Shown here: in pieces, positions 49,078-60,953 of the stretch
How positions within the stretch are numbered: the stretch's first letter is position 1
Layout of the letters: every line of letters begins with the position of its first letter
DNA from: Basidiobolus meristosporus CBS 931.73
Lineage: Eukaryota; Fungi; Basidiobolomycota
Reading direction: 5' to 3'
Assembly (NCBI GenBank): GCA_002104905.1
Contig: MCFE01000116.1
Span: forward strand, 62,001-126,000
DNA: 64,000 nt
Program-made: the position numbers and the translations under genes
Notes under the pieces: model-generated
Told to the model about the DNA's origin: nothing
The model's input: only the letters and a program-made list of their open reading frames with translations
Database searches by the model: none

Positions 49078-49744
49078 GGTGCCACCAAGTCAAGATATTA
49101 ATTCTCCCAAATGTGTCTCTGCCCGTTCTCCAAGCCCATTTGATTTTGAATCCGTAATTTGGGCAAAATCTACCACCAATGTGATTACACAATACCCTTT
49201 GAATCCCCAATTTTGTATACATCTTGTAATCAATAAATGGCGCATTGGTGCACAACTACATTCTCCTTTGATGATTGCCACAAGTTGTAATGGCATACTG
49301 GTAGCTTAATAAGAGTATACTGTTCAGCATGCAATCAACCTTTCTCAATATTGGGACTTTGGTGGCAACCAGGACATTCATCAGCTTCACGAAGAAGTGG
49401 CCCATTGAATATGCAGTCAATAAGCTGGCATTTCTAGATTTGATAAATGTGTTTGGAGCAGCAAGTTAGATGAGCCCGATGAGAGATTCTCATGCGGAGT
49501 GGAAAACAGAGCATATATGCTGTTCGACGATCGAGAAGCCATTTCCGGCATTGTAAAACCAGCCTGACCATATTGAGGGAATAGTGTCAGCGCTGCTTCC
49601 TAGAATAACCTGGCTACAAAACCGGTTTGGATTTCCGGTAGAGGATTCCGAGAAGTGCGGCACGGAGTATATAAATGTCCCTTGCGCTGATCAGCATTCA
49701 GTAGAGGACAGCTTTGATATTTGCGAGATCACTATCAAACAATC

Positions 49745-50068
49745 ATGAAATTCGCCAGCGTACTTGCTATTCTTGCCGCTGTTTCAGCAACAATTGACTG
49801 CTACCCATTGATCCTGGAGACTAGCTTTGATATTTTGAGATATTTCTACAGAACAATCATGAAATTCGCCAGCGTACTTGTAATTCTTGCCGCTGCTTCA
49901 GCAACAATTGACTGCTACCCATTGATCCTGGAGACTAGCGATTCAGCAATGGACAAGAGAGATCTGCATGACTTCTGTGGAGGCTGGTTCTGTGGTCATG
50001 TTAAACGGGAGGAAGCTCTCGAAGCCAATGGAGCCATAACTTCAGCCTCAGGAATGCCAAATGCCTGA
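49745..50068 (+). CDS. Precursor copy 29 (A-type) with an in-frame duplicated signal peptide
   Basis: ATGs at 49745 and 49859, 114 bp apart; canonical core. Confidence 0.88.
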   Translation: MKFASVLAILAAVSATIDCYPLILETSFDILRYFYRTIMKFASVLVILAAASATIDCYPLILETSDSAMDKRDLHDFCGGWFCGHVKREEALEANGAITSASGMPNA

Positions 50069-50756
50069 TGAGCATAGACTACACTAATGACGAGCTGATA
50101 TCCAAGCCCAAATTCAGGTTCAAGTAATCCTACCACCCAAACTCTCCAATTTTGTTGCTACTGATGCACGATCAGCTAAGCGTAACCATCCAGCCTCTGC
50201 ATGGATTTTTGATTTCCTGATAATATACTACAAAATAAACAATATATCTCCACATTCCAAATATCCGTTTTGTTGCTTAACCAGTAGGGTAAAAACCCCT
50301 CGTTTGCGAGTCCTTGCCATTTTGTTCCATTCCGACATGATGTCCTAAATGAACATCTATTCGGGCATGTTCAAACTCCACCAACATCCTCCTGTAAATT
50401 CTGTTGCAAGCTTGATATCTACATATCGGCACTGATCAAGGCCTCCAGTATCCACAGGAGTTCTCTGCTTACTTATGAAATTCTGAGGTCTGTGCTGCCG
50501 AGAATTTCAGGAATCGGAATATGATGTGAAGATAATTCACAATCTCAATCCAATAAACAAGACTGTTTCAGGACATCATTTCAGTTTACTTTCCGTCCGT
50601 GGTATCTTGTGCGACCAACAATTCTGGGAATCAGTAATTGCCACTCTGGGATTCCTAGAACTCCCAAGAAATGTACATAAATCGCTCCCCAACGAACCAT
50701 CATTCCTCAGGCTACAGCCTTGCTATCGAATACCAAACTCTTCCCCGACCGGAATA

Positions 50757-50987
50757 ATGAGACTCCTTTCTGTACTCGCTGTTTGTATCATTTCTGCAAT
50801 GACAGCTAACGGCTATCCTGTGGGTCAGCTAGCCAATGATGTAACCAAGGAGAAGAGAGATCTGCATGACTTTTGTGGAGGTTGGTTCTGTGGCCATGTG
50901 AAGCGTGATCTCTCTGTTCATGACAGCCAGACTACTACATCTTCTCTGAGCTCACAGCAGCCTAAAACCTTCATGACCGCTCTATAA
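50757..50987 (+). CDS. Precursor copy 30 (B-type)
   Basis: Canonical core; the upstream extension in the ORF track uses a non-ATG start. Confidence 0.92.
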   Translation: MRLLSVLAVCIISAMTANGYPVGQLANDVTKEKRDLHDFCGGWFCGHVKRDLSVHDSQTTTSSLSSQQPKTFMTAL

Positions 50988-51653
50988 GGTACCACCAAGT
51001 CAAGATGTTAATTGTCCCGAATACGTCTCTGCCCGTTCTTCATGCCCATTTGATTTTGAATCCGTAATTTGGGCAAGATCTACCACCAATGTGATTACAC
51101 AATACCCTTTGAATCCCCAATTTTGTACGCGTCTCGTAATCAATAAATGGCGCGTTGGTGCACAACTACATTCTCCATTGATGATTGCCACAACTTGTAA
51201 TGGCATATTGATAGCTTAATAAGAGCATACTTCTCAGCATGAAATAAACCTTTCTCATTATTATGATATTAGTGGTAACCAGATCATTCATTAGCCTCAT
51301 GTAGAAGTGACCCATTGAATATGCAGTTAATAAGCTGGCATTACTAGATTTGATTAATGTGTTTGGAGCAGGAAATTAGATGAGCCCGATGAGAGGTTCT
51401 AGTGCGGAGTGAAAAATAGAGCATATGCTGTTCAACGATCCAGAAGCCATTTCCGGTTTTCTAAAACCAGTCTGACCATATTGAGGGGATAGTGTCAGCG
51501 TTGCTTCCTAGAATAACCTGGCTACAAAAACCGGTTTGGATTTCCAGTAGTGGGTTCCGAGAAGTGCAGCACGGAGAATATAAATGTCCCTTGCGCTGAT
51601 CAGCATTCAGTAGAGGACAGCTTTGATATTTGAGAGATCATTACCAAACAATC

Positions 51654-51863
51654 ATGAAATTCGCCGGCGTACTTGTTATTCTTGCCGCTGTTTCTGCCAC
51701 AGTTGACTGCTACCCATTGATCCTGGACACTAGCAATTCAGCAGTGGACAAGAGAGATCTGCATGACTTCTGCGGAGGCTGGTTCTGTGGTCATGTCAAG
51801 CGAGAGCAAGTTCTGGAGACAAGTGAAGCCAATAACTCCGCTCCATCGATGTCAAATGCCTGA
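51654..51863 (+). CDS. Precursor copy 31 (A-type)
   Basis: Canonical core. Confidence 0.93.
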   Translation: MKFAGVLVILAAVSATVDCYPLILDTSNSAVDKRDLHDFCGGWFCGHVKREQVLETSEANNSAPSMSNA

Positions 51864-52543
51864 TGTGTATAGGCAGCATCTATGACAAGCCGATATCCAT
51901 ATCTGAACTATCCAATTTTGTTGCTCCTGATAAATACCACACACGACAAACTAAGCGTATCCATCCATCCATCCTCCACATGGATTTTTGATTATCTGAC
52001 AATTTCCAGAGAAATAAACATTGCTACCCCACATTTCATATTTTCTCACGGCTACTAAACTAGCAGAGTGGAAGTCACTTGTATTCGGACCCATTCCCGT
52101 ATATTCCATGCTGAAATGAGGTGATTTCAACTCTACCAGGCACCTTTATTCCGTAATACAATGGCAATTTCGCGGTGAAAGGAATATTCACATATGGTTG
52201 CCGACCCAGCTTTCCTCTATTCCCCAGAAGACTTCCCCTACTCTTGAAAGGCTGACATCTGCGCAGCCAAACATTCTAGGAATCAGAACATGACTTGAGG
52301 ATGATGACTACCTTTGATGTAAAACGCAAGGTGATTTTAGTATATCACCATCCTATAGCTTTCCAACGATCAGTTGCATCTTGTGGCACCAATAGTTCTG
52401 GGAATCAGATATCACCAGCCCGTGATTCCAAGAAGCCAGAATCAATGCGCATAAATAGCTCACTAACGACACTGCCATTCATCAGCCTGCACCCTTTCTG
52501 TTGAGTATCAGATTCTACTTCAGCCAGCAATTGAACCTAAACC

Positions 52544-52774
52544 ATGAGACTCTTTGCTGTACTCACTATTTGTATCGTTGCCACAATGACAGCCAATGGC
52601 TACCCCGTAAATCAGGTGACTGATGGAGTAGCCATGGAAAAGAGAGATCTGCACGACTTTTGTGGAGGCTGGTTCTGTGGCCATGTGAAACGTGATCACA
52701 CTGTCCATGACAGCCAGACTACTACATCTTCTCTGAGCTCACAGCAGCCTAATACCTTCATGACAGTTCAATAA
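52544..52774 (+). CDS. Precursor copy 32 (B-type)
   Basis: Canonical core. Confidence 0.93.
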   Translation: MRLFAVLTICIVATMTANGYPVNQVTDGVAMEKRDLHDFCGGWFCGHVKRDHTVHDSQTTTSSLSSQQPNTFMTVQ

Positions 52775-53440
52775 GGTACCACCAAGTCAAGATATTAATT
52801 CTCCCAAATGTGTCTCTGCCCGTTCTTCAAGCCCATTTGATTTTGAATCCGTAATTTGGGCAAGATCTACCACCAATGTGATTACACAATACCCTTAGAG
52901 TCCCCAATTTTGTATGCGTCTCGTAATCAATAAATGGCGCGTTGGTGCACAACTACATTCTCCTTCGATGATTGCCGCAAACTGTATTGACACACTGATA
53001 AACTAATAGGAGTATACTGTTCAGTATGCAATGAACCTTTCTCAATATTGGGACTTTAGTGGCAACCAGGACATTCATCAGCTTCACGAAGAAGTGGCCC
53101 ATTGAATATGCAGTCAATAAGCTGGCATTTCTAGATTTGATAAATGTGTTTGGAGCAGCAAGTTAGATGAGCCCGATGAGAGATTCTCATGTGGAGTGGA
53201 AAACAGAGCTTACGCTGTTGGACGATCCAGAAGCCATTTCCGGTATTGTAAAACCAGTCTGACTATATTGAGGTGATAGCGTCGGCGTTGCTTCGCAGAA
53301 TAACCTGGCTACAAAAACCGGTTTGGATTTCCATTAGACGGTTCCGAGAAGTGCGGCACGAAGTATATAAATGTCTCTTGCGCTGATGAGCATTCAGTAG
53401 AGGACAGCTTTGATATTTGAGAGATCACTACCAAACAATC

Positions 53441-53650
53441 ATGAAATTCGCCAGCGTACTTGCTATTCTTGCCGCTGTTTCTGCGACAGTTGATTGCTAC
53501 CCATTGATCCTGGAGACTAGCGATTCAGCAGTGGACAAGAGAGATCTGCATGACTTCTGCGGAGGCTGGTTCTGTGGTCATGTTAAACGGGAAGTAGTCA
53601 CCGATGCCAGTGGATCCTTAACTTCAGCCTCAGGAATGCCAAATGCCTGA
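53441..53650 (+). CDS. Precursor copy 33 (A-type)
   Basis: Canonical core. Confidence 0.93.
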   Translation: MKFASVLAILAAVSATVDCYPLILETSDSAVDKRDLHDFCGGWFCGHVKREVVTDASGSLTSASGMPNA

Positions 53651-54338
53651 TGAGCATAGACTGCACCAATGACGAGCTGATATCCAAGCCCAAATTCAGG
53701 TTTAAGTAATCCTACCACCCAAACTCTCCAATTTTGTTGCTACTGATGCACGATCAGCTAAGCGTAACCATTCAGCCTCTGCATGGATTTTTGATTTCCT
53801 GATAATATACTACAAAATAAACAATATATCCCCACATTCCAAATATCCGTTTTGTTGCTTAACCAGTAGGGTAAAAACCCCTCGTTTGCGAGTCCTTGCC
53901 ATTTTGTTCCATTTCGACATGATGTCCTAAATGAACATCTATTCGGGCATGTTCAAACTCCACCAACATCCTCCTGTAAATTCTCTTGCAAGCTTGATAT
54001 GTACATATCGGCACTGGTCAAGGCCTCCAATATCCACAGGAGTTCTCTGCTTACTTATGAAATTCTGAGGTCTGTGCTGCCGACAATTTCAGGAATCGGA
54101 ATATGATGTGACGATGATTCACAATCTCAATCCAATAAATAAGACTGTTTCGGGACATCATTTTAGTTTACTTTCCATCCGTTGTATCTTGTGCGACCAA
54201 CAATTCTGGGAATCAGTAATTGCCACTCTGGGATTCCTAGAACTCCCAAGAAATGTACATAAATCGCTCCCCAACGAACCATCATTCCTCAGGCTACAGC
54301 CTTGCTATCGAATACCAAACTCTTCCCCGACCGGAATA

Positions 54339-54569
54339 ATGAGACTCCTTTCTGTACTCGCTGTTTGTATCATTTCTGCAATGACAGCTAACGGCTATCC
54401 TGTGGGTCAGCTAGCCAATGATGTAACCAAGGAGAAGAGAGATCTGCATGACTTTTGTGGAGGTTGGTTCTGTGGCCATGTGAAGCGTGATCTCTCTGTC
54501 CATGACAGCCAGACTACTACATCTTCTCTGACCTCACAGCAGCCTAAAACCTTCATGACCGCTCTATAA
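54339..54569 (+). CDS. Precursor copy 34 (B-type)
   Basis: Canonical core. Confidence 0.92.
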   Translation: MRLLSVLAVCIISAMTANGYPVGQLANDVTKEKRDLHDFCGGWFCGHVKRDLSVHDSQTTTSSLTSQQPKTFMTAL

Positions 54570-55235
54570 GGTACCACCAAGTCAAGATGTTAATTCTCCC
54601 GAATTCGTCTCCGCCCGTTCTTCATGCCCATTTGATTTTGAATCCGTAATTTGGGCGAGATCCACCACCAATGTGATTACATAATACCCTTTGAATCCCC
54701 AATTTTGTACGCGTCTCGTAATCAATAAATGGCGCGTTGGTGCACAACTGCATTCTCCATTGATGATTGCCACAAGTTGTAACGGCATACTGATAGCTTA
54801 ATAAGAGTATACTTTTCAGCATGTAATAAACCTTTCTCATTATTATGATATTAGTGGTAACCAGATCATTCATTAGCCTCATGTAGAAGTGACCCATTGA
54901 ATATGCAGTTAGTAAGCTGGCATTACTAGATTTGATTAATGTGTTTGGAGTAGGAAATTAGATGAGCCCGATGAGAGGTTCTAATGCGGAGTGAAAAATA
55001 GAGCATATGCTGTTCAACGATCCAGAAGCCATTTCCGGCATTGTAAAACCAGTCTGACCATATTGAGGGGATAGTGTCAGCGTTGCTTCCTAGAATAACC
55101 TGGCTACAAAAACCGGTTTGGATTTCCAGTAGTGGGTTCCGAGAAGTGCAGCACGGAGTATATGATTGTCCCTTGCGCTGATCAGCATTCAGTAGAGGAC
55201 AGCTTTGATATTTGAGAGATTACTACCAAACAATC

Positions 55236-55445
55236 ATGAAATTCGCCAGCGTACTTGCTATTCTTGCCGCTGTTTCAGTGACAATTGACTGCTACCCATT
55301 GATCCTGGACACTAGCAATTCAGCAGTGGACAAGAGAGATCTGCATGACTTCTGCGGAGGCTGGTTCTGTGGTCATGTTAAACGGGAGGAAGCTCTCGAA
55401 GCCAATGGAGCCATAACTTCAGCCTCAGGAATGCCAAGTGCCTGA
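55236..55445 (+). CDS. Precursor copy 35 (A-type)
   Basis: Canonical core. Confidence 0.93.
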   Translation: MKFASVLAILAAVSVTIDCYPLILDTSNSAVDKRDLHDFCGGWFCGHVKREEALEANGAITSASGMPSA

Positions 55446-56133
55446 TTAGCATAGACTACACTAATGACGAGCCGATATCCAAGCCCAAATTCAGGTTTAA
55501 GTAATCCTACCACCCAAACTCTCCAATTTTGTTGCTACTGATGCACGATCAGCTAAGCGTAACCATCCAGCCTCTGCATGGATTTTTGATTTCCTGATAA
55601 TATACTACAAAATAAACAATATATCCCCACATTCCAAATATCCGTTTTGTTGCTTAACCAGTAGGGTAAAAACCCCTCGTTTGCGAGTCCTTGCCATTTT
55701 GTTCCATTCCGACATGATGTCCTAAATGAACATCTATTCGGGCATGTTCAAACTCCACCAACATCCTCCTGTATATTCTCTTGCAAGCTTGATATCTACA
55801 TATCGGCACTGATCAAGGCCTCCAGTATCCACAGGAGTTCTCTGCTTACTTATGAAATTGTGAGGTCTGTGCTGCCGACAATTTCAGGAATCGGAAAATG
55901 ATGTGACGATGATTCACAATCTCAATCCAATAAATAAGACTGTTTCGGGACATCATTTTAGTTTACTTTCCATCCGTTGTATCTTGTGCGACCAACAATT
56001 CTGGGAATCAGTAATTGCCACTCTGGGATTCCTAGAACTCCCAAGAAATGTACATAAATCGCTCCCCAACGAACCATCATTCCTCAGGCTACAGCCTTGC
56101 TATCGAATACCAAACTCTTCCCCGACCGGAATA

Positions 56134-56364
56134 ATGAGACTCCTTTCTGTACTCGCTGTTTGTATCATTTCTGCAATGACAGCTAACGGCTATCCTGTGG
56201 GTCAGCTAGCCAATGATGTAACCAAGGAGAAGAGAGATCTGCATGACTTTTGTGGAGGTTGGTTCTGTGGCCATGTGAAGCGTGATCTCTCTGTTCATGA
56301 CAGCCAGACTACTACATCTTCTCTGAGCTCACAGCAGCCTAATACCTTCATGACAGTTCAATAA
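56134..56364 (+). CDS. Precursor copy 36 (B-type)
   Basis: Canonical core. Confidence 0.92.
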   Translation: MRLLSVLAVCIISAMTANGYPVGQLANDVTKEKRDLHDFCGGWFCGHVKRDLSVHDSQTTTSSLSSQQPNTFMTVQ

Positions 56365-57031
56365 GGTACCACCAAGTCAAGATGTTAATTGTCCCGAATA
56401 CGTCTCTGCCCGTTCTTCATGCCCATTTGATTTTGAATCCGTAATTTGGGCGAGATCCACCACCAATGTGATTACACAATACCCTTTGAATCCCCAATTT
56501 TGTATACATCTTGTAATCAATAAATGGCGCATTGGTGCACAACTACATTTTCCTTTGATGATTGCCACAAGTTGTAATGGCATACTGATAGCTTAATAAG
56601 AGTATACTGTTCAGCATGCAATCAACCTTTCTCAATATTGGGACTTTGGTGGCAACCAGGACATTCATCAGCTTCACGAAGAAGTGGCCCATTGAATATG
56701 CAGTCAATAAGCTGGCATTTCTAGATTTGATAAATGTGTTTGGAGCAGCAAGTTAGATGAGCCCGATGAGAGATTCTCATGCGGAGTGGAAAACAGAGCA
56801 TATATGCTGTTCGACGATCGAGAAGCCATTTCCGGCATTGTAAAACCAGTCTGACCATATTGAGGGAATAGTGTCAGCGCTGCTTCCTAGAATAACCTGG
56901 CTACAAAACCGGTTTGGATTTCCGGTAGAGGATTCCGAGAAGTGCGGCACGGAGTATATAAATGTCCCTTGCGCTGGTCAGCATTCAGTAGAGGACAGCT
57001 TTGATATTTGCGAGATCACTATCAAACAATC

Positions 57032-57241
57032 ATGAAATTCGCCAGCGTACTTGCTATTCTTGCCGCTGTTTCTGCGACAGTTGATTGCTACCCATTGGTC
57101 CTGGAGACTAGCGATTCAGCTGTGGACAAGAGAGATCTGCATGACTTCTGCGGAGGCTGGTTCTGTGGTCATGTTAAACGGGAGGAAGCTCTCGAAGCCA
57201 ATGGAGCCATAACTTCAGCCTCAGGAATGCCAAGTGCCTGA
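57032..57241 (+). CDS. Precursor copy 37 (A-type)
   Basis: Canonical core. Confidence 0.93.
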   Translation: MKFASVLAILAAVSATVDCYPLVLETSDSAVDKRDLHDFCGGWFCGHVKREEALEANGAITSASGMPSA

Positions 57242-57929
57242 TTAGCATAGACTACACTAATGACGAGCTGATATCCAAGCCCAAATTCAGGTTCAAGTAA
57301 TCCTACCACCCAGACTCTCCAATTTTGTTGCTACTGATGCACGATCAGCTAAGCGTAACCATCCAGCCTCTGCATGGATTTTTGATTTCCTGATAATATA
57401 CTACAAAATAAACAATATATCCCCACATTCCAAATATCCGTTTTGTTGCTTAACCAGTAGGGTAAAAACCCCTCGTTTGCGAGTCCTTGCCATTTTGTTC
57501 CATTCCGACATGATGTCCTAAATGAACATCTATTCGGGCATGTTCAAACTCCACCAACATCCTCCTGTAAATTCTGTTGCAAGCTTGATATCTACATATC
57601 GGCACTGATCAAGACCTCCAATATCCACAGGAGTTCTCTGCTTACTTATGAAACTCTGAGGTCTGTGCTGCCGAGAATTTCAGGAATCGGAATATGATGT
57701 GAAGATGATTCACAATCTCAATCCAATAAACAAGACTGTTTCAGGACATCATTTCAGTTTACTTTCCGTCCGTGGTATCTTGTGCGACCAACAATTCTGG
57801 GAATCAGTAATTGCCACTCTGGGATTCCTAGAACTCCCAAGAAATGTACATAAATCGCTCCCCAACGAACCATCATTCCTCAGGCTACAGCCTTGCTATC
57901 GAATACCAAACTCTTCCCCGACCGGAATA

Positions 57930-58160
57930 ATGAGACTCCTTTCTGTACTCGCTGTTTGTATCATTTCTGCAATGACAGCTAACGGCTATCCTGTGGGTCA
58001 GCTAGCCAATGATGTAACCAAGGAGAAGAGAGATCTGCACGACTTTTGTCGAGGTTGGTTCTGTGGACATGTGAAGCGTGATCTCTCTGTCCATGACAGC
58101 CAGACTACTACATCTTCTCTGAGCTCACAGCAGCCTAATACCTTCATGAGAGTTCAATAA
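57930..58160 (+). CDS. Precursor copy 38 (B-type), variant core DLHDFCRGWFCGHV
   Basis: GGA changed to CGA in the ring. Confidence 0.9.
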   Translation: MRLLSVLAVCIISAMTANGYPVGQLANDVTKEKRDLHDFCRGWFCGHVKRDLSVHDSQTTTSSLSSQQPNTFMRVQ

Positions 58161-58832
58161 GGTACCACCAAGTCAAGATGTTAATTGTCCCGAATACGTC
58201 TCCGCCCGTTCTTCAAGCCCATTTGATTTTGAATCCGTATCCATAATTTGGGCAAGATCCACCACCAATGTGACTACATAATAACCTTTGAATCCCCAAT
58301 TTTGTATGTGTCTCGTAATCAATAAATGGCGCGTTGGTGCACAACTACATTCTCCTTCGATGATTGCCACAAGTTGTAATGGCATACTGATAGCTTAATA
58401 AGAGTATACTTCTCAGCATGAAATAAACCTTCCTCATTATTATGATATTAGTGGTAACCAGATCATTCACTAGCTTCACGAAGAAGTGACCCACTGAATA
58501 TGCAGTCAATAAGCTGGCATTACTAGATTTGATTAATGTGTTTGGAGCAGGGAATTAGATGAGCCCGATGAGAGGTTGTAATGCGGAGTGAACAATGGAG
58601 CATATGCTGTTCAACGATCCAGAAGCCATTTCCAGTATTGTAAAACCAGTCTGACCATATTGAGGGGATAGTGTCAGTGTTGCTTCCTAGAATAACCTGG
58701 CTACAAAAACCGGTTTGGATTTCCAGTAGCGGGTTCCGAGAAGTGCAGCACGGAGTATATAAATGTCTCTTGCGCTGATCAGCATTCAGTAGAGGACAGC
58801 TTTGATATTTGAGAGATCACTACCAAACAATC

Positions 58833-59027
58833 ATGAAATTCGCCAGCGTACTTGCTATTCTTGCGGCTGTTTCTGCGACAGTTGATTGCTACCCATTGGT
58901 CCTGGAGACTAGCGATTCAGCAGTGGACAAGAGAGATCTGCATGACTTCTGCGGAGGCTGGTTCTGTGGTCATGTTAAACGGGAAGTAGTCACCGATGCC
59001 AATGGATCCTTAACTTCAACCTCATGA
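58833..59027 (+). CDS. Precursor copy 39 (A-type, tail shortened by TGA)
   Basis: Canonical core. Confidence 0.92.
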   Translation: MKFASVLAILAAVSATVDCYPLVLETSDSAVDKRDLHDFCGGWFCGHVKREVVTDANGSLTSTS

Positions 59028-59732
59028 ATGCCAAATGCCTGATGAGCATAGACTGCACTAATGACGAGCTGATATCCAAGCCCAAATTCAGGTTCAAGTA
59101 ATCCTACCACCCAAACTCTCCAATTTTGTTGCTACTGATGCACGATCAGCTAAGCGTAACCATTCAGCCTCTGCATGGATTTTTGATCTCCTGATAATAT
59201 ACTACAAAATAAATAATATATCTCCACATTCCAAATATCCGTTTTGTTGCTTAACCAGTAGGGTAAAAACCCCTCGTTTGCGAGTCCTTGCCATTTTGTT
59301 CCATTCCGACATGATGTCCTAAATGAACATCTATTCGGACATGTTCAAACTCCACCAACATCCTCCTGTAAATTCTCTTGCAAGCTTGATATCTACATAT
59401 CGGCACTGATCAAGGCCTCCAATATCCACAGGAGTTCTCCGCTCACTTATGCAAATTCTGAGGTCTGTGCTGCCGAGAATTTCAGGAATCGGAAATATGA
59501 TGTGACGATGATTCACAATCTCAATCCAATAAACAAGACTGTTTCAGGACATCATTTCAGTTTACTTTCCGTCCGTGGTATCTTGTGCGACCAACAATTC
59601 TGGGAATCAGTAATTGCCACTCTGGGATTCCTAGAACTCCCAAGAAATGTACATAAATCGCTCCCCAACGAACCATCATTCCTCAGGCTACAGCCTTGCT
59701 ATCGAATACCAAACTCTTCCCCGACCGGAATA

Positions 59733-59948
59733 ATGAGACTCCTTTCTGTACTCGCTGTTTGCATCATTTCTGTAATGACAGCTAACGGCTATCCTGTGGG
59801 TCAGCTAGCCAATGATGTAACCAAGGAGAAGAGAGATATGCATGACTTTTGTGGAGGTTGGTTCTGTGGCCATGTGAAACGAGAAGATGACCAGGAGTCA
59901 AGTAAAGACAGACTTCAGACCTCAATCTTGGATATGGCAAATATCTAA
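59733..59948 (+). CDS. Precursor copy 40 (B-type prepro, distinct tail), variant core DMHDFCGGWFCGHV
   Basis: Intact ORF. Confidence 0.9.
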   Translation: MRLLSVLAVCIISVMTANGYPVGQLANDVTKEKRDMHDFCGGWFCGHVKREDDQESSKDRLQTSILDMANI

Positions 59949-60953
59949 TGTGCCCACGCCACACCAATGGTCAACCGCCTTCCAAATCCATGTCCTTCTT
60001 CAAATACCCTAACTACTGAACGCCAATTTTGTTGCTCTCAATAACTGCATAGCCTAATTCGCCAAGTCTACCTATTCACCCTCCGTATATGTTTTTGACA
60101 TTATCATGATTATCTATAAAATAAACAATATAGCTCCACATTGCACCTCTTGCTGTTCAACACACAACAACGCTCTTAATGACACTCATTAAAACCCGCT
60201 ACCCAACAACATTGCTCAACTTTTTCACTCACCATTTACAGTGGCTGTTGGGCTATAGTTGCACATTTCTTGGAGATTGGTCAACGAGATACGACACATC
60301 TGTAGTCCTGTATTATTGGCACGCGCCCTCTCTCAGATATCTCATGTTGCCACGTTTGGGACTACTACTATGAGACCTGGCCCTACGCTTTGCTTGAGCT
60401 GAGTTCGTGAATAATTCTAACAAGTTCAATTTGGATTAGCGTGGTCTGTGCTTCCAATAATTGTGCCGAAATTGATGCTTCCGAGAAGACTTGTCTGAGT
60501 TCTACGAAAGTTGGCTCTATGTCAATGCTTTGCATAAGCGTAGCAGTTATGCAAGTCACGTCGATCAGCCATACTCGGGTTTCAACTGCACTGCATGGAG
60601 TTTAATATGCTAGTAATGTCGGTCGTGTGGAACTCCTCAATAACGATGGGACTCAGGTATTTTCAGAAGCTCTAACCACCACCTGAGCGACCATGACTCG
60701 CGTAATTTTAGATGTAGATTGAGGGTGATCGTGTTAACACTAGTATTGTCTAAAAATAGGGGGCAAAGGCCTAGGATCAAACATGGGATTCTACTGATCT
60801 GGCTTCCGTGTGGCATTCGTTTGTTCTTGAAACTATGCAATTCGAGTGATTACGAAATATCCTGAGCACCATACTTCCAAGAAGCAATATGTAGGCTATA
60901 TAAATCATCATACGTTAGCTCAGTTTCCTACAAGCTATTGCTGTTCAACAAGC

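Noticed and set aside
50526-50756. N-terminal extensions giving 148-153 aa precursors (also 54108, 55903, 57699, 59502, 60846) and 8-aa MRDHYQTI extensions
   Set aside because: They begin at GTG/TTG and run through promoter motifs upstream of the TATA-like box. The conserved ATG and signal peptide lie downstream.
32429-59967. Many recurring 60-150 aa ORFs in the array spacers and antisense to the precursors (e.g. MDCVITLHM..., MSIQFAAIIK..., MLISARDI..., MRVTSK...)
   Set aside because: They recur only because the DNA is repeated. They mostly use non-ATG starts, are broken in many units and show no motif; they are shadow ORFs.
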